The position numbers and the translations under genes are program-made. Of a DNA stretch of 32,641 nt, positions 1 through 8,182 are shown in pieces. The number at the start of each line of letters is the position of its first letter. Positions within the stretch are counted from its first letter, which is position 1. Where the stretch lies: the IMG/VR virus record IMGVR_UViG_3300037483_001801, positions 1 through 32,641 of that record; one strand, written 5' to 3'. The DNA is from a virus. Taxonomy: Duplodnaviria > Caudoviricetes. A model generated the notes under the pieces. It searched no databases. It had not been told where the DNA came from and was given only the letters and a program-made list of their open reading frames with translations.

Positions 1-528
1 TTATTGCATATGTTCTTTCAGGTCTTCCAGGATGTCACTGAAATACTTTTCATCGAAGCCGGCGTCGCCTTCGAGCATAATAACCCAACCTTTATCGATG
101 TAGAAAAGCATCTTTCGAATAATTTCAGGCCGGTCACCGACGGGCGCGGTAGAATATTGCGTAGCTAAATCCCCGATTCTTTTGTTCAGGTACCCGATCC
201 GCTCCAGTTTAGTAAGTCCTAAAACTTGGTTGGCATCGAGAGCCATGACTAAGTCATCATAAGCGCGTTTAAACGAGGCTTTATCTGCCATCGCCGGCGC
301 GGGGTCTTCAGCATATTGGACAGGCTTGAATGTATACGCCGAGGGATCCCATTCAAAGTCAGCCCAATAAGAGCCGGACCAGCCTGGTACGGTGGCATGC
401 TTAACACGGAATGTATTGTCGCCCGTGACTTCAATGTTTGCTTCAGAAAGATCGATAAAGACTTCTCCTCGCGCATGAACAACCGTTACGAATATGAACA
501 GCACTGTAAGCAGCAATATTTTTTTCAT
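1..528 (-). CDS. Exported hypothetical protein (signal peptide), moron-like
   Basis: 175 aa; N-terminus MKKILLLTVLFIFVTVVHA is a typical signal peptide; ATGA overlap with upstream small gene. Confidence 0.75.
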   Translation of the reverse strand: MKKILLLTVLFIFVTVVHARGEVFIDLSEANIEVTGDNTFRVKHATVPGWSGSYWADFEWDPSAYTFKPVQYAEDPAPAMADKASFKRAYDDLVMALDANQVLGLTKLERIGYLNKRIGDLATQYSTAPVGDRPEIIRKMLFYIDKGWVIMLEGDAGFDEKYFSDILEDLKEHMQ

Positions 529-695
529 GATCCCTCCTGAGTGTGATTTGCCTTTTTCAGTTCGGCCAGGATGCTGTCAAGACGTGCGACGATCATGTTT
601 ATTTTCCAGTACCAGGCCATGACTTCCCTTAACAGCAAGAAAGCGACGACGATCACAAAAATTACTGCGATTGTAAGCGCTAGTCCATTTTGCAT
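525..695 (-). CDS. Small single-pass membrane protein (56 aa, not in ORF track)
   Basis: Translated by hand: MQNGLALTIAVIFVIVVAFLLLREVMAWYWKINMIVARLDSILAELKKANHTQEGS; GGAGG SD upstream; stop overlaps next ATG. Confidence 0.75.
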   Translation of the reverse strand: MQNGLALTIAVIFVIVVAFLLLREVMAWYWKINMIVARLDSILAELKKANHTQEGS

Positions 696-720
696 CTTCC
701 GATCCTCCCTTTAAAGGCGT

Positions 721-1533
721 TTAGCTTTCCGTCCCGCCGCTTTCCAGCACCCCTCGGCCAACTAATTCCGCTGAACTTTCTTCCGCCTGATGTTGTTGCC
801 CCGGCGTTTCGTTCGTCGCTGGAGTTATCGCACTACGTTTTTTCTCTTTCTTGGCCTGTTCTTTTTTGATGCAGCTTTTGGCCATGTCATAAAGCTCGGT
901 GCTGAATAGTTTGCCGATGCTTTTTTCTATCGCTTCGTTTTTTACATTATGGCCGGTGATATTTTTCAGTTCCAGCCGGATCGCGTTCAGAACTCTATCC
1001 GACAGCACTGCCTGGGCAAGGTTCTTGTCCCCAAGGGAAGTGGCCTCGGCAATGTATTTGTCGATGTGTCCTTTCCTGAAGCTTTCTTTGGAGAGAAGAT
1101 AGATTTTGCCGGCAACGGTATTAATGTCTTCATCGAGAAGATTGAAGGCCAGAACCATATTGGTTTCAATTTTCGCTTTGTCCCACGTGAGATAATAGAG
1201 GCGGTAATCCGTGCCGTTTGTAAGTACGCACAAATTCACGCCACCGGTTGCGGCATAGTTCGTGGCCTGGTAAGCATGAGTGTCCCGCAGGGTGGTATCT
1301 GCCGACTTTGCTTCGATGAAGAAAATTATTTTGCCTTTGTTTTTGACTGTCAGGTCTACATAGTGGCCCTGAACCATGTGCTCCTGCGTGATTTCCTCCA
1401 AAAGGTCGTACCCGAGAACTTCGGATAGCAGCAGCCGGATCCGCATCCGGGTGTCGGCTTCGTTTAGACTCCTTTCTTTTGCGTCCCGTAGTTTCGGAAG
1501 GAACTTCCTAAGTTTGTTTTTGAATTCTTTCAT
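721..1533 (-). CDS. Type I restriction HsdR N-terminal-like PD-(D/E)xK nuclease-domain protein
   Basis: NEADTR...VDL...FIEAK...QATNYA...VLTNG pattern typical of stand-alone HSDR_N proteins; start taken at MKEFKNK (1533). Confidence 0.8.
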   Translation of the reverse strand: MKEFKNKLRKFLPKLRDAKERSLNEADTRMRIRLLLSEVLGYDLLEEITQEHMVQGHYVDLTVKNKGKIIFFIEAKSADTTLRDTHAYQATNYAATGGVNLCVLTNGTDYRLYYLTWDKAKIETNMVLAFNLLDEDINTVAGKIYLLSKESFRKGHIDKYIAEATSLGDKNLAQAVLSDRVLNAIRLELKNITGHNVKNEAIEKSIGKLFSTELYDMAKSCIKKEQAKKEKKRSAITPATNETPGQQHQAEESSAELVGRGVLESGGTES

Positions 1534-1547
1534 GAAAATCCCCCTTT

Positions 1548-1745
1548 TTAAATTTTTATTTGTCCTGCGGTCCGGAGCAGCAGCGCCCGCAGTCGCGCCA
1601 GTTCTCTTTTGTATATGCAATCCCCGCACTGTGGTTTATCGAACGGCAGCTTAAGCTGACCGTTGATTCTTGTCTTGTTCTTTCTCCCGGCTTTCCTGAA
1701 ATCGGCCAGCCTCACTATCTTTTTTATCTCCCCGATCCTCTTCAC
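1548..1745 (-). CDS. Possible small protein overlapping the repressor 3' end
   Basis: GTG start with GAGGGAG upstream; 65 aa with CxxC; fills the gap before the HsdR_N-like gene. Confidence 0.4.
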   Translation of the reverse strand: MKRIGEIKKIVRLADFRKAGRKNKTRINGQLKLPFDKPQCGDCIYKRELARLRALLLRTAGQIKI

Positions 1746-2130
1746 GCTCCCTCGCCTGATAATCTTTTGCGAGCACTTCCGATATATGGTAAATTTGCTC
1801 CTTCAATTGCTCGGCCTTTCGCATCTTGTCGACGACTGCTCTCTCTTTATAATTCGAGAGAACGTAGCTTTCTTCATGCATCAGGAATTCTTCGAAGTCC
1901 AGATCGTACGTCCGGCTTAAAACCTCGATGACCCTGTCTGTGATCGGGCGTTTACACCGCTCCATGTCGCTGACGACGTTTTCTTTTACGTGGAGAACCT
2001 CCGCTATTTCCCGCTGCTTAAGACCCATGCGCAGCCTTAACCTTCTGAGGTTCCAGGCTTTTCTTTTCCATAGCCCTGTGCATTTCTCATCATAACGCGT
2101 CATGTCATAAATTCTAGGGAAATCTAACAT
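1651..2130 (-). CDS. XRE-family HTH repressor (CI-like)
   Basis: NLRRLRLRMGLKQREIAEVLHVKENVVSDMERCKR HTH_3 pattern; divergent from the early operon. Confidence 0.85.
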   Translation of the reverse strand: MLDFPRIYDMTRYDEKCTGLWKRKAWNLRRLRLRMGLKQREIAEVLHVKENVVSDMERCKRPITDRVIEVLSRTYDLDFEEFLMHEESYVLSNYKERAVVDKMRKAEQLKEQIYHISEVLAKDYQAREREEDRGDKKDSEAGRFQESREKEQDKNQRSA

Positions 2131-2226
2131 TCTTGTATATCCTCAAAAAAAGGCATAAATAGTCCGATAAAAATAACTCTTATAGGCACATTAAATCTTT
2201 AAATAACATCTGATGTCATTATTGTC

Positions 2227-2255
2227 TTGACAGATATAACTGTCAGAGTTATATT
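2227..2255 (+). promoter_or_regulatory. Sigma70 early promoter with overlapping operator palindrome
   Basis: TTGACA(2227-2232)-17 bp-TATATT(2250-2255); TGACAG-N6-CTGTCA inverted repeat at 2228-2245. Confidence 0.75.
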
Positions 2256-2490
2256 TTCTATCATGATCTCTGGCGATAACAAAAAATTACAAACCAACCA
2301 GCCCGAAAGGGAAGCGGCTCGCGGGCCGATTCTGCGCGTCCCACCTTGCCAGAGGTCATGCGTGCGGGTCGGCCTCAGGGCCGCTTTATTTTCAAGCGCC
2401 GGGAGGGGCTTTCTGGGAGGCAAGCCCTCCGGCGCCTTTAAATTCGTTTGTTCGTTCATCTCCATCCTGTCCATCGGAGATGATCTCCCC

Positions 2491-2537
2491 GGCAGGAGGG
2501 CGCGCCGATTCCCCGCCCTCCTGCCCTTTGCATATTT
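2491..2537 (+). terminator. Strong hairpin in early leader (attenuator/terminator candidate)
   Basis: GGCAGGAGGGCG/CGCCCTCCTGCC 12-bp stem followed by a T-rich tail. Confidence 0.5.
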
Positions 2538-2624
2538 AAGGCTCAAAAACATAAAAAATTTTGTCTTTTTGCTCAAGGTAACGACAAGTAACGTTTGTTT
2601 AAGCGCCGTTACGGGAGGGGCTTT

Positions 2625-3035
2625 ATGAACAACGGGAACGGCCAGCAGCCTTTGTTTTATGAGGATATCATGGATGCCCTGAACAAGATGATAAACATCA
2701 ATCCCAAAGGGCTGACCATCAAGCAAATAGCCATGGAGTTGTGGCCTTCCCGGAATCCTGACACTGCCCGGTCTGTGCTTTCGAGGGCAATGAATCCAGA
2801 GCATCACGATCACAACCTCTCCCCGGAAGAGCTTCTTCAGACGATGAAAATCACAGACGCTCCGGAACATATTATCAATTTCCTTTGTGATGAATTCGGC
2901 TTTGAAAGGCCGCCCAAGAAAGAGCGCGGGCATTTCGAGCGCACTGTGAAGGAAGGCGTTAAATCTATCCAGGAGCAATTGAAGCAACTGACCCGCGAAA
3001 TTGCGCGGATGGAGAAGATGAGCAATGAGAAGTAA
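2625..3035 (+). CDS. Phage CII-like regulatory protein
   Basis: KQIAMELWP...SVLSRAMNPEH..HNLSPEELLQTMKIT...INFLCDEFG pattern; first gene of early operon; SD GGGAGGGG. Confidence 0.6.
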   Translation: MNNGNGQQPLFYEDIMDALNKMININPKGLTIKQIAMELWPSRNPDTARSVLSRAMNPEHHDHNLSPEELLQTMKITDAPEHIINFLCDEFGFERPPKKERGHFERTVKEGVKSIQEQLKQLTREIARMEKMSNEK

Positions 3036-3450
3036 GGCCGCTGAATCCCGATCCCCACGGCGGTCCCAGGCAGGGGCAGGAACCCCCTCCTCGGCCCCTG
3101 CCTCCAACCCCCCTTCGTCCCCCCTTATCAAGGGGGATGAACACAGGACGACGATCTCCCTGACCAGGAGAACTGCTCGGGCCGGTGCACCCTCGCCGGC
3201 CCCTTCTTTTTCCCGCACTGACATTGAGGAACTGAAGAAGCGGATGGAGAGATTGGAGGCCGAACTGGCGGCGCTGAAAGGCACTCCTCCCCCTACTAAA
3301 GTAGGGATGGATCTATACAGTCCGGAGAGCATAGCAGAATTCAAGCGGGCAATAAGACGCTGGCACATTTATAACGACAGGAAACCGCTGGAGAGCTATC
3401 TGGAAAAGACCGGCGGGAAGGTGCCGAGAACAACAGAGGAGGGATCATGA
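3025..3450 (+). CDS. Hypothetical protein with coiled coil
   Basis: Overlaps both neighbours; IEELKKRMERLEAELAAL. Confidence 0.6.
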   Translation: MRSKAAESRSPRRSQAGAGTPSSAPASNPPSSPLIKGDEHRTTISLTRRTARAGAPSPAPSFSRTDIEELKKRMERLEAELAALKGTPPPTKVGMDLYSPESIAEFKRAIRRWHIYNDRKPLESYLEKTGGKVPRTTEEGS

Positions 3451-3689
3451 ACAGAAGTGGTTTTTTGGGCTGTATGTTCCTTGTGGCAGTCATTTTTCTT
3501 TTCGCCGGGTATTTCTGGCGGATGGCGGTCGAGAGTGACATCAAGATTCGTGCTTATGAGCACGGCAAGCACGCTATGGTGGCGGCGATCCAGCACGAGG
3601 TCAACAAAGGTTATGACTTCTGGATCGACGGCCTGCATTTCATCCCCTGGGCGGACAAGAAGACCGTCGTCGCAAAAGTGGAGGAATAA
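3447..3689 (+). CDS. Small membrane-anchored hypothetical protein
   Basis: N-terminal hydrophobic helix; ATGA coupling. Confidence 0.65.
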   Translation: MNRSGFLGCMFLVAVIFLFAGYFWRMAVESDIKIRAYEHGKHAMVAAIQHEVNKGYDFWIDGLHFIPWADKKTVVAKVEE

Positions 3690-3690
3690 G

Positions 3691-3978
3691 GTGGGCCATT
3701 ACAACGTGCTTTACGCAGTCGAGGACCCGGAAGGGAAAATCAGGCATGGAAGCGTACCTGTCTCGGCAGGCAGCACGATGGTGGCGCGCACCTGGGTGTG
3801 TATCATGTTGATCCGTTACTGTCCTTCAACCCGATTCGAGATCACCGGAGTGGAGGACTTACCGTCGAGCTCTGACGTAGACAAAAGTGAGCAAATGACA
3901 CGGAAAACAGGGACGCTTCCTTCCTTTCGTGAAGTGTCCCCGTTTTCCGAGGGCATCACGCCCGACATCTGGGGCTAG
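3691..3978 (+). CDS. Hypothetical protein
   Basis: GTG start at 3691 after GGAGG; 3' part of the 3457..3978 ORF. Confidence 0.5.
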   Translation: MGHYNVLYAVEDPEGKIRHGSVPVSAGSTMVARTWVCIMLIRYCPSTRFEITGVEDLPSSSDVDKSEQMTRKTGTLPSFREVSPFSEGITPDIWG

Positions 3979-4048
3979 GGATTGCAACCCGAAGAGGCAA
4001 CCTCAGCCCTGCCCCGGGAATAACCTGAGGACGTGACAGGAGGTAGTC

Positions 4049-4642
4049 ATGAAATATCTGACGGAAGCAGAGGAGAAGAAGCTCATCAGGACGGTTAGGG
4101 AAATCAAAGGCAAGAAGGCGGAACGGGATCACATGATTCTCTTTCTCGGGTTCAACACAGGCTTAAGGCTATCGGAGATCCTCGGCCTTAACGTCGGGGA
4201 CGTAAGGGGCAAGGAGAAGCTCTTTGTCCGGCCGGAGACGACGAAGGCTACGGTGAAACAGGCGGACGGCACGAAGAAACCCAAGGGCCGGTATATCCCT
4301 CTCAGCAAGAAGCTACAAGTGGAGCTCCGCTCTTTCATAAAACTCAAACTCAAATGGCGAGAGGGCATCCAGGACGAAGCCCCTTTGTTCGTCTCGAAGA
4401 AAGGCGAGAGATTATCCCGCCGGGCGCTACAGGAGATGTTCGAGACATGGCGCGATCGTGCTGACATCGAAGGCGGCTATACAGTCCACTCAATGCGTCA
4501 CACCTGCCTGAAGCGCCTCATCCAGCGCGGAAGTGCTCTCCCGACGATCCAGAAGCTCGCCGGTCACGCCTCCCTGGCCTCGACAGGCGTGTACCTCGAA
4601 GCCGGCTACGAGGAGATGCAGGAAGCTGTGGAGGCGTTATGA
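4049..4642 (+). CDS. Tyrosine recombinase, catalytic domain only (197 aa)
   Basis: TGLRLSE, HSMRH, LAGHAS, TGVY give the R-H-R-H-Y catalytic set; SD GGAGGT. Confidence 0.92.
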   Translation: MKYLTEAEEKKLIRTVREIKGKKAERDHMILFLGFNTGLRLSEILGLNVGDVRGKEKLFVRPETTKATVKQADGTKKPKGRYIPLSKKLQVELRSFIKLKLKWREGIQDEAPLFVSKKGERLSRRALQEMFETWRDRADIEGGYTVHSMRHTCLKRLIQRGSALPTIQKLAGHASLASTGVYLEAGYEEMQEAVEAL

Positions 4643-4857
4643 GCGACCGCATCATAAGGACCGAATACGTTCATGTTCCTACCGGAAATCCTATTGTAAT
4701 TTCTACCGGTCTCGGGGAGAAATGGTCGGTTTATATGGTCAAGCCCAACGGAAGCCTCCAGCGGTGTAAGCAATTCGGCCAATTTCTTATGGCTGGCACC
4801 GCCGGGCAGGAATTAATGAACTATAAAGGCAAGACAATTAAGAGGGCGACGGAGTGA
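4639..4857 (+). CDS. Hypothetical protein
   Basis: ATGA/GTGA coupling with both neighbours. Confidence 0.6.
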   Translation: MSDRIIRTEYVHVPTGNPIVISTGLGEKWSVYMVKPNGSLQRCKQFGQFLMAGTAGQELMNYKGKTIKRATE

Positions 4858-5081
4858 GCGGCGATATCTGCGTTCAGGCGCGAGATCTCTCATTGGAGAC
4901 TGGCTATGCCTATTCGGATATCCAGGAGTTTCTCGCGCGCGGGTTTACACCTGATCAGGTCAGGGTGATTACCGATACCTGCGACAAGCTGGATCCCGCA
5001 TGCCCCGGCATCGGGCATTTCGCTCTCAGGTCTTTCATCCGGATCATTCGCGGAGAAATCCTCTTCGGAGTGCCGGCATGA
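4854..5081 (+). CDS. Hypothetical protein
   Basis: Coupled overlaps on both sides. Confidence 0.55.
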   Translation: MSGDICVQARDLSLETGYAYSDIQEFLARGFTPDQVRVITDTCDKLDPACPGIGHFALRSFIRIIRGEILFGVPA

Positions 5082-5272
5082 AGGTGTTATTACATCTCGG
5101 CAGTCGAATAGATGACTATAAGATTCCAGAGGACAGCCCGCCCGCTGAGGTAGAAATAAGGCTTTTCCCTCCGTTTGCGCCCATGCCTGACACAAAAGTC
5201 CGCTTTTGCCTGGGAGGTCGGGCGGACGGCATGCCGTTATATAGATTGATGATGGCGAAGGTACAGAGATGA
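5078..5272 (+). CDS. Hypothetical protein
   Basis: ATGA overlap at 5078 (MKVLLHLG...). Confidence 0.5.
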   Translation: MKVLLHLGSRIDDYKIPEDSPPAEVEIRLFPPFAPMPDTKVRFCLGGRADGMPLYRLMMAKVQR

Positions 5273-5348
5273 AATATTTTTTTTGCCCGGTGAGGTTTGT
5301 AGGATTTTGGGAAATCGGATGTCGGTAAAAGGACTACGGAGGTATTAA

Positions 5349-5555
5349 ATGTCGGTCCGGTGCATTTACAACTGTGGCAGGGAGACGAACAACACGGACG
5401 GCATCTGCGCCGGCTGCGCGATAGCTATCCACATCGAAGGATATCCCCGGCATATGACGAAAGAGGAGTTCGATAATTTTAATACAGATTGTAGGGGCGA
5501 ATCTTGTGTTCGCCCGAAGGAGGAAGAGATGCCTTTTAAGAAATGCCCTGAGTGA
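5349..5555 (+). CDS. Small Cys-rich hypothetical protein
   Basis: SD GGAGGT; CxxxC...CxxC. Confidence 0.55.
   Translation: MSVRCIYNCGRETNNTDGICAGCAIAIHIEGYPRHMTKEEFDNFNTDCRGESCVRPKEEEMPFKKCPE
5491..5515 (+). repeat. GTAG-family REP-like palindrome
   Basis: GTAG + GGGCGAA-N7-TTCGCCC. Confidence 0.65.
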
Positions 5556-5649
5556 AGGAGAGACAAAGAAAAAATCCGCCACACGAACGGCGGACAAGCC
5601 CCGTGTGTCCCGTCGAAAACCATCGGTTTCAGCAGAAGGGGGCGCGACT

Positions 5650-5829
5650 GTGAAGTCAAAGATAACCGAGCTCGGGGAGAACGATGCTTTTATCATGGAA
5701 AAGCTTGTAGCTGCGTATCTCACGTACAGGGAAGAAGCGGCAAAGCTTAGAGTTGCCATATCGACAATTGTAGCGGTCGCCGGGATCGAGATGCCGGATC
5801 TCGATGAAATGGAGGCGCAGATCCTGTGA
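5650..5829 (+). CDS. Hypothetical protein
   Basis: GTG start after AGGGGG; stop overlaps next start. Confidence 0.5.
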   Translation: MKSKITELGENDAFIMEKLVAAYLTYREEAAKLRVAISTIVAVAGIEMPDLDEMEAQIL

Positions 5830-6449
5830 GCGAAAAAGAACTGAAGCACTACAACGCCGGGCATGTGTGGGGCAGGGTGGCCGACATCAAGGATGACAAC
5901 TCCACGGAGGGTACGCCCTATCTGGCAATTACCCTCGAATGTCCGAACGACATGTTCGGCAACATCAAGACGTATGGACGTCTTTGGGGGCAGGATAAGG
6001 GCGACCGCTTCAAGGCTGATGTGAAGGCCAATCCGGGTGCTTTATGGAAGCTCCAGGGCTTTTTCTCACAGTACGACAAGGGCGCCGAAAGATATTCGAA
6101 CTATACCTTCTTTACCTGGCAGATCGCGGCCGCGAAAGAGCTGCGCGCGGCTTTTGTTCTAGTCGGTGATGTCGTGAAGACCGAGAAGACCGACGAAGGA
6201 GGTCTCATTTATCTATTTCTCAGTCGTGAGGGATCGGGCCAGTATAAGGGGAAGAACGTTGACGAGGATTTTCAGGTTTACACCCTGAACGCCCTGGAGG
6301 TAGACGGGATTTATCCCGAATCGATCATCAGGGTGAAGGGCGTTCTTCGCTACAGGGAAGCCGAGGACTATTTCGGCGATGTCCCTGAGGGGAAGGTCCG
6401 GCCGTATGTGATGGACCTGAAAGTCCTCCGGGAAAAGGAGGCGTTTTAA
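5826..6449 (+). CDS. Single-stranded DNA-binding-like protein (probable tandem OB folds)
   Basis: Two SSB-like halves: NAGHVWGRV...LWG...LQG and AFVLVGDV...IRVKG; lies in replication operon. Confidence 0.55.
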   Translation: MSEKELKHYNAGHVWGRVADIKDDNSTEGTPYLAITLECPNDMFGNIKTYGRLWGQDKGDRFKADVKANPGALWKLQGFFSQYDKGAERYSNYTFFTWQIAAAKELRAAFVLVGDVVKTEKTDEGGLIYLFLSREGSGQYKGKNVDEDFQVYTLNALEVDGIYPESIIRVKGVLRYREAEDYFGDVPEGKVRPYVMDLKVLREKEAF

Positions 6450-6815
6450 ATGCAGAGCGCAAAGAGCATAGGGCATAGGACTATCAGAAAAGCTCCTTGG
6501 CACACGGAATATTACTGCAAGGCTCTCGAACAGGTCGCGGCGACAACCGGGCAGCTCTGCATCGAGGGCGACTGCGTCGGCTGGCTGGAATGGTTCGAGC
6601 AGAATCATCCCGGCCTTTTTCAGAAATACGAGAGCGCCATGGAAAGGTCGACCAAACTGTGGGGGAGCATGACGCCGGCCGATATGGAGGAGTTCAAGGT
6701 GTCGGTGAAGGTAGAGACGGACGCCATGGTTTGGGCGATACCGAAATATATCGAAAGTAGGGGCATGGCATGCCATGCCCCTACAGAGGCGAAACAGGAG
6801 GCGTTGGGAATATGA
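6450..6815 (+). CDS. Hypothetical protein (REP in 3' end)
   Basis: Directly follows SSB-like stop; SD AGGAGG. Confidence 0.65.
   Translation: MQSAKSIGHRTIRKAPWHTEYYCKALEQVAATTGQLCIEGDCVGWLEWFEQNHPGLFQKYESAMERSTKLWGSMTPADMEEFKVSVKVETDAMVWAIPKYIESRGMACHAPTEAKQEALGI
6757..6784. repeat. GTAG-family REP-like perfect palindrome
   Basis: GTAGGGGCATGGCATGCCATGCCCCTAC; near-identical copy at 11238-11265. Confidence 0.85.
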
Positions 6816-6970
6816 GCATAGAAGATTTCAAGCCTCTGGTCGGCAGGACCATTCCTGATCATTATGTTCAGGGACAATACTGCATGTTTGATCGTCTCTG
6901 CCCGCGGCCGATAAAGAAACTGAAAGATTGCCCCTCCGAGCAGACGGCGGGCAGGGACCAAGACGGATAA
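6812..6970 (+). CDS. Small hypothetical protein
   Basis: ATGA overlap at 6812. Confidence 0.45.
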   Translation: MSIEDFKPLVGRTIPDHYVQGQYCMFDRLCPRPIKKLKDCPSEQTAGRDQDG

Positions 6971-6974
6971 CTCC

Positions 6975-7127
6975 GTGAAACTGTTCTACTGCCATAAGGC
7001 CGAGGACGAATACGACATAAAGAGGATAAGGGAGTTGTTATACATGCGGCTGGGAGGGAAGATCTCGAAAGAGGAGCACGAACAAGAGTTGAAAAAGATC
7101 AAAGAAAGGCAATTAAGTCTCCTATGA
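6975..7127 (+). CDS. Small hypothetical protein (50 aa, not in ORF track)
   Basis: MKLFYCHKAEDEYDIKRIRELLYMRLGGKISKEEHEQELKKIKERQLSLL; stop overlaps next ATG. Confidence 0.55.
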   Translation: MKLFYCHKAEDEYDIKRIRELLYMRLGGKISKEEHEQELKKIKERQLSLL

Positions 7128-7384
7128 TTTCGACGGTTGTTCAGAAGAGGACCTTCGATTTAGTGGCCGGCGGCCAGAGGGTCCTTTATTTCCGGCATAA
7201 GCCGCACTGGGATACCAGGTTCAGGACGAAACCCAGGGCGATTATCCTTCTGAACGGCCGCAGGTGCAGGGCTCAGGCGGGTCAGCCGGTCGAAGACACG
7301 GGACATTCATACCAGGTGGTCCTCGGAGAAGAGATCCATTTCTGGGGAAAGCAGGAAACGCTTCCCCTGGAGGCGACGGCATGA
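7124..7384 (+). CDS. ASCH/PUA-like small protein
   Basis: KRTFDLVAGGQRVLYFRHKPHWDTRF...LLNG resembles phage ASCH N-termini. Confidence 0.45.
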   Translation: MISTVVQKRTFDLVAGGQRVLYFRHKPHWDTRFRTKPRAIILLNGRRCRAQAGQPVEDTGHSYQVVLGEEIHFWGKQETLPLEATA

Positions 7385-7659
7385 AATGCGATAAAGGCTA
7401 TTGCCCCGGCTGCGCGCTAGGGGATTGCCCGAAGATGAATGTTCTCCGCGATTTTGTGCCTATCCCGGAAGCAATCAATTCACTGCCCGACGGGATAAGA
7501 AAATATATCCACGATCTTGAAACATTGTCTGATCCCACTGGGATCATTCAGGAGCATGCGGTTATGAAAAATCGCATTGAGGCACTGATAAAGCTCATTG
7601 ACAATGCACATGCTGAACTTCGGTCACTGAAGGCCGAAGACGGAGTGGCAGGTGATTAA
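7381..7659 (+). CDS. Hypothetical phage protein
   Basis: ATGA overlap; SD GGAGG; INSLPDGIRKYIHDLET motif and coiled coil. Confidence 0.65.
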   Translation: MKCDKGYCPGCALGDCPKMNVLRDFVPIPEAINSLPDGIRKYIHDLETLSDPTGIIQEHAVMKNRIEALIKLIDNAHAELRSLKAEDGVAGD

Positions 7660-7677
7660 AGAGATACCCCACGAGAA

Positions 7678-7854
7678 GGGCTTACGAGTAGCAGGAAAGG
7701 GTGTGCCGGAGGCGGTTGACCTGGGTGACGCCTCCAAGCCGGGCCAGCGGAAAGGCAGAGCGCCCAGGCGAGAAAGTAAGCCCCTGCATGGTTTGAGTGT
7801 TGCTTGACAGCCATGCAGCGATATATAGCGCCCCCGGTGATCTGGCAGCCGGGG
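7678..7854 (+). ncRNA. Candidate structured RNA (intergenic, with possible pseudoknot)
   Basis: Stems GGGCTTAC/GTAAGCCC, GGAGGCG/CGCCTCC, CTGCATGG/CCATGCAG, CCCCGG/CCGGGG; loop CCTGGGTG can pair with CGCCCAGG. Confidence 0.45.
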
Positions 7855-7882
7855 ATTAAAAGGGAAGGAGGTGAGAGAAAGA

Positions 7883-8113
7883 ATGCATTACAAGAACGGA
7901 CGTGAAGCAAAAGTTGGAGATCGGATAGTCGGCGTTGATTCTATGGGCAAGCCCGTCGCGGGCGTGCTGGTAGATGCCAGTTCAGGCTCTACGACGTGCA
8001 ACGGGAATGTTGTTCCCTTCGATGCGCAGACCTGGGGCGTCACATTGAGTGATTGTCTGCACGTTGATGACTTCGCACCGAAGCCGGCCGAAGTGGCCGA
8101 GTCACCGGCATAA
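7883..8113 (+). CDS. Small hypothetical phage protein
   Basis: MHYKNGREAKVGD...CNG...CLHVDD; SD GGAGGT. Confidence 0.75.
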   Translation: MHYKNGREAKVGDRIVGVDSMGKPVAGVLVDASSGSTTCNGNVVPFDAQTWGVTLSDCLHVDDFAPKPAEVAESPA

Positions 8114-8182
8114 CGAGGGATATCCCGGCGGGGCATGTTCCCGCCCCCTCGTCAGATGCTCCGACAAGTTTCGGGCTATCTG

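Noticed and set aside
2227-2628. 133-aa ORF as a Cro gene
   Set aside because: Its TTG start is the -35 box, there is no SD and no HTH pattern
2199-3368. 389-aa minus-strand ORF
   Set aside because: Antisense shadow of the early genes and leader; no recognisable motifs
7678-7783. tRNA or HDV-like/pistol ribozyme assignment
   Set aside because: No T-loop or cloverleaf, no P3/L3, and I could not match conserved catalytic cores by eye
7815-7829. Additional copy of the 12-bp array repeat (GCGATATATAGC)
   Set aside because: Does not fit the 12-bp consensus and has no neighbour at 44 bp
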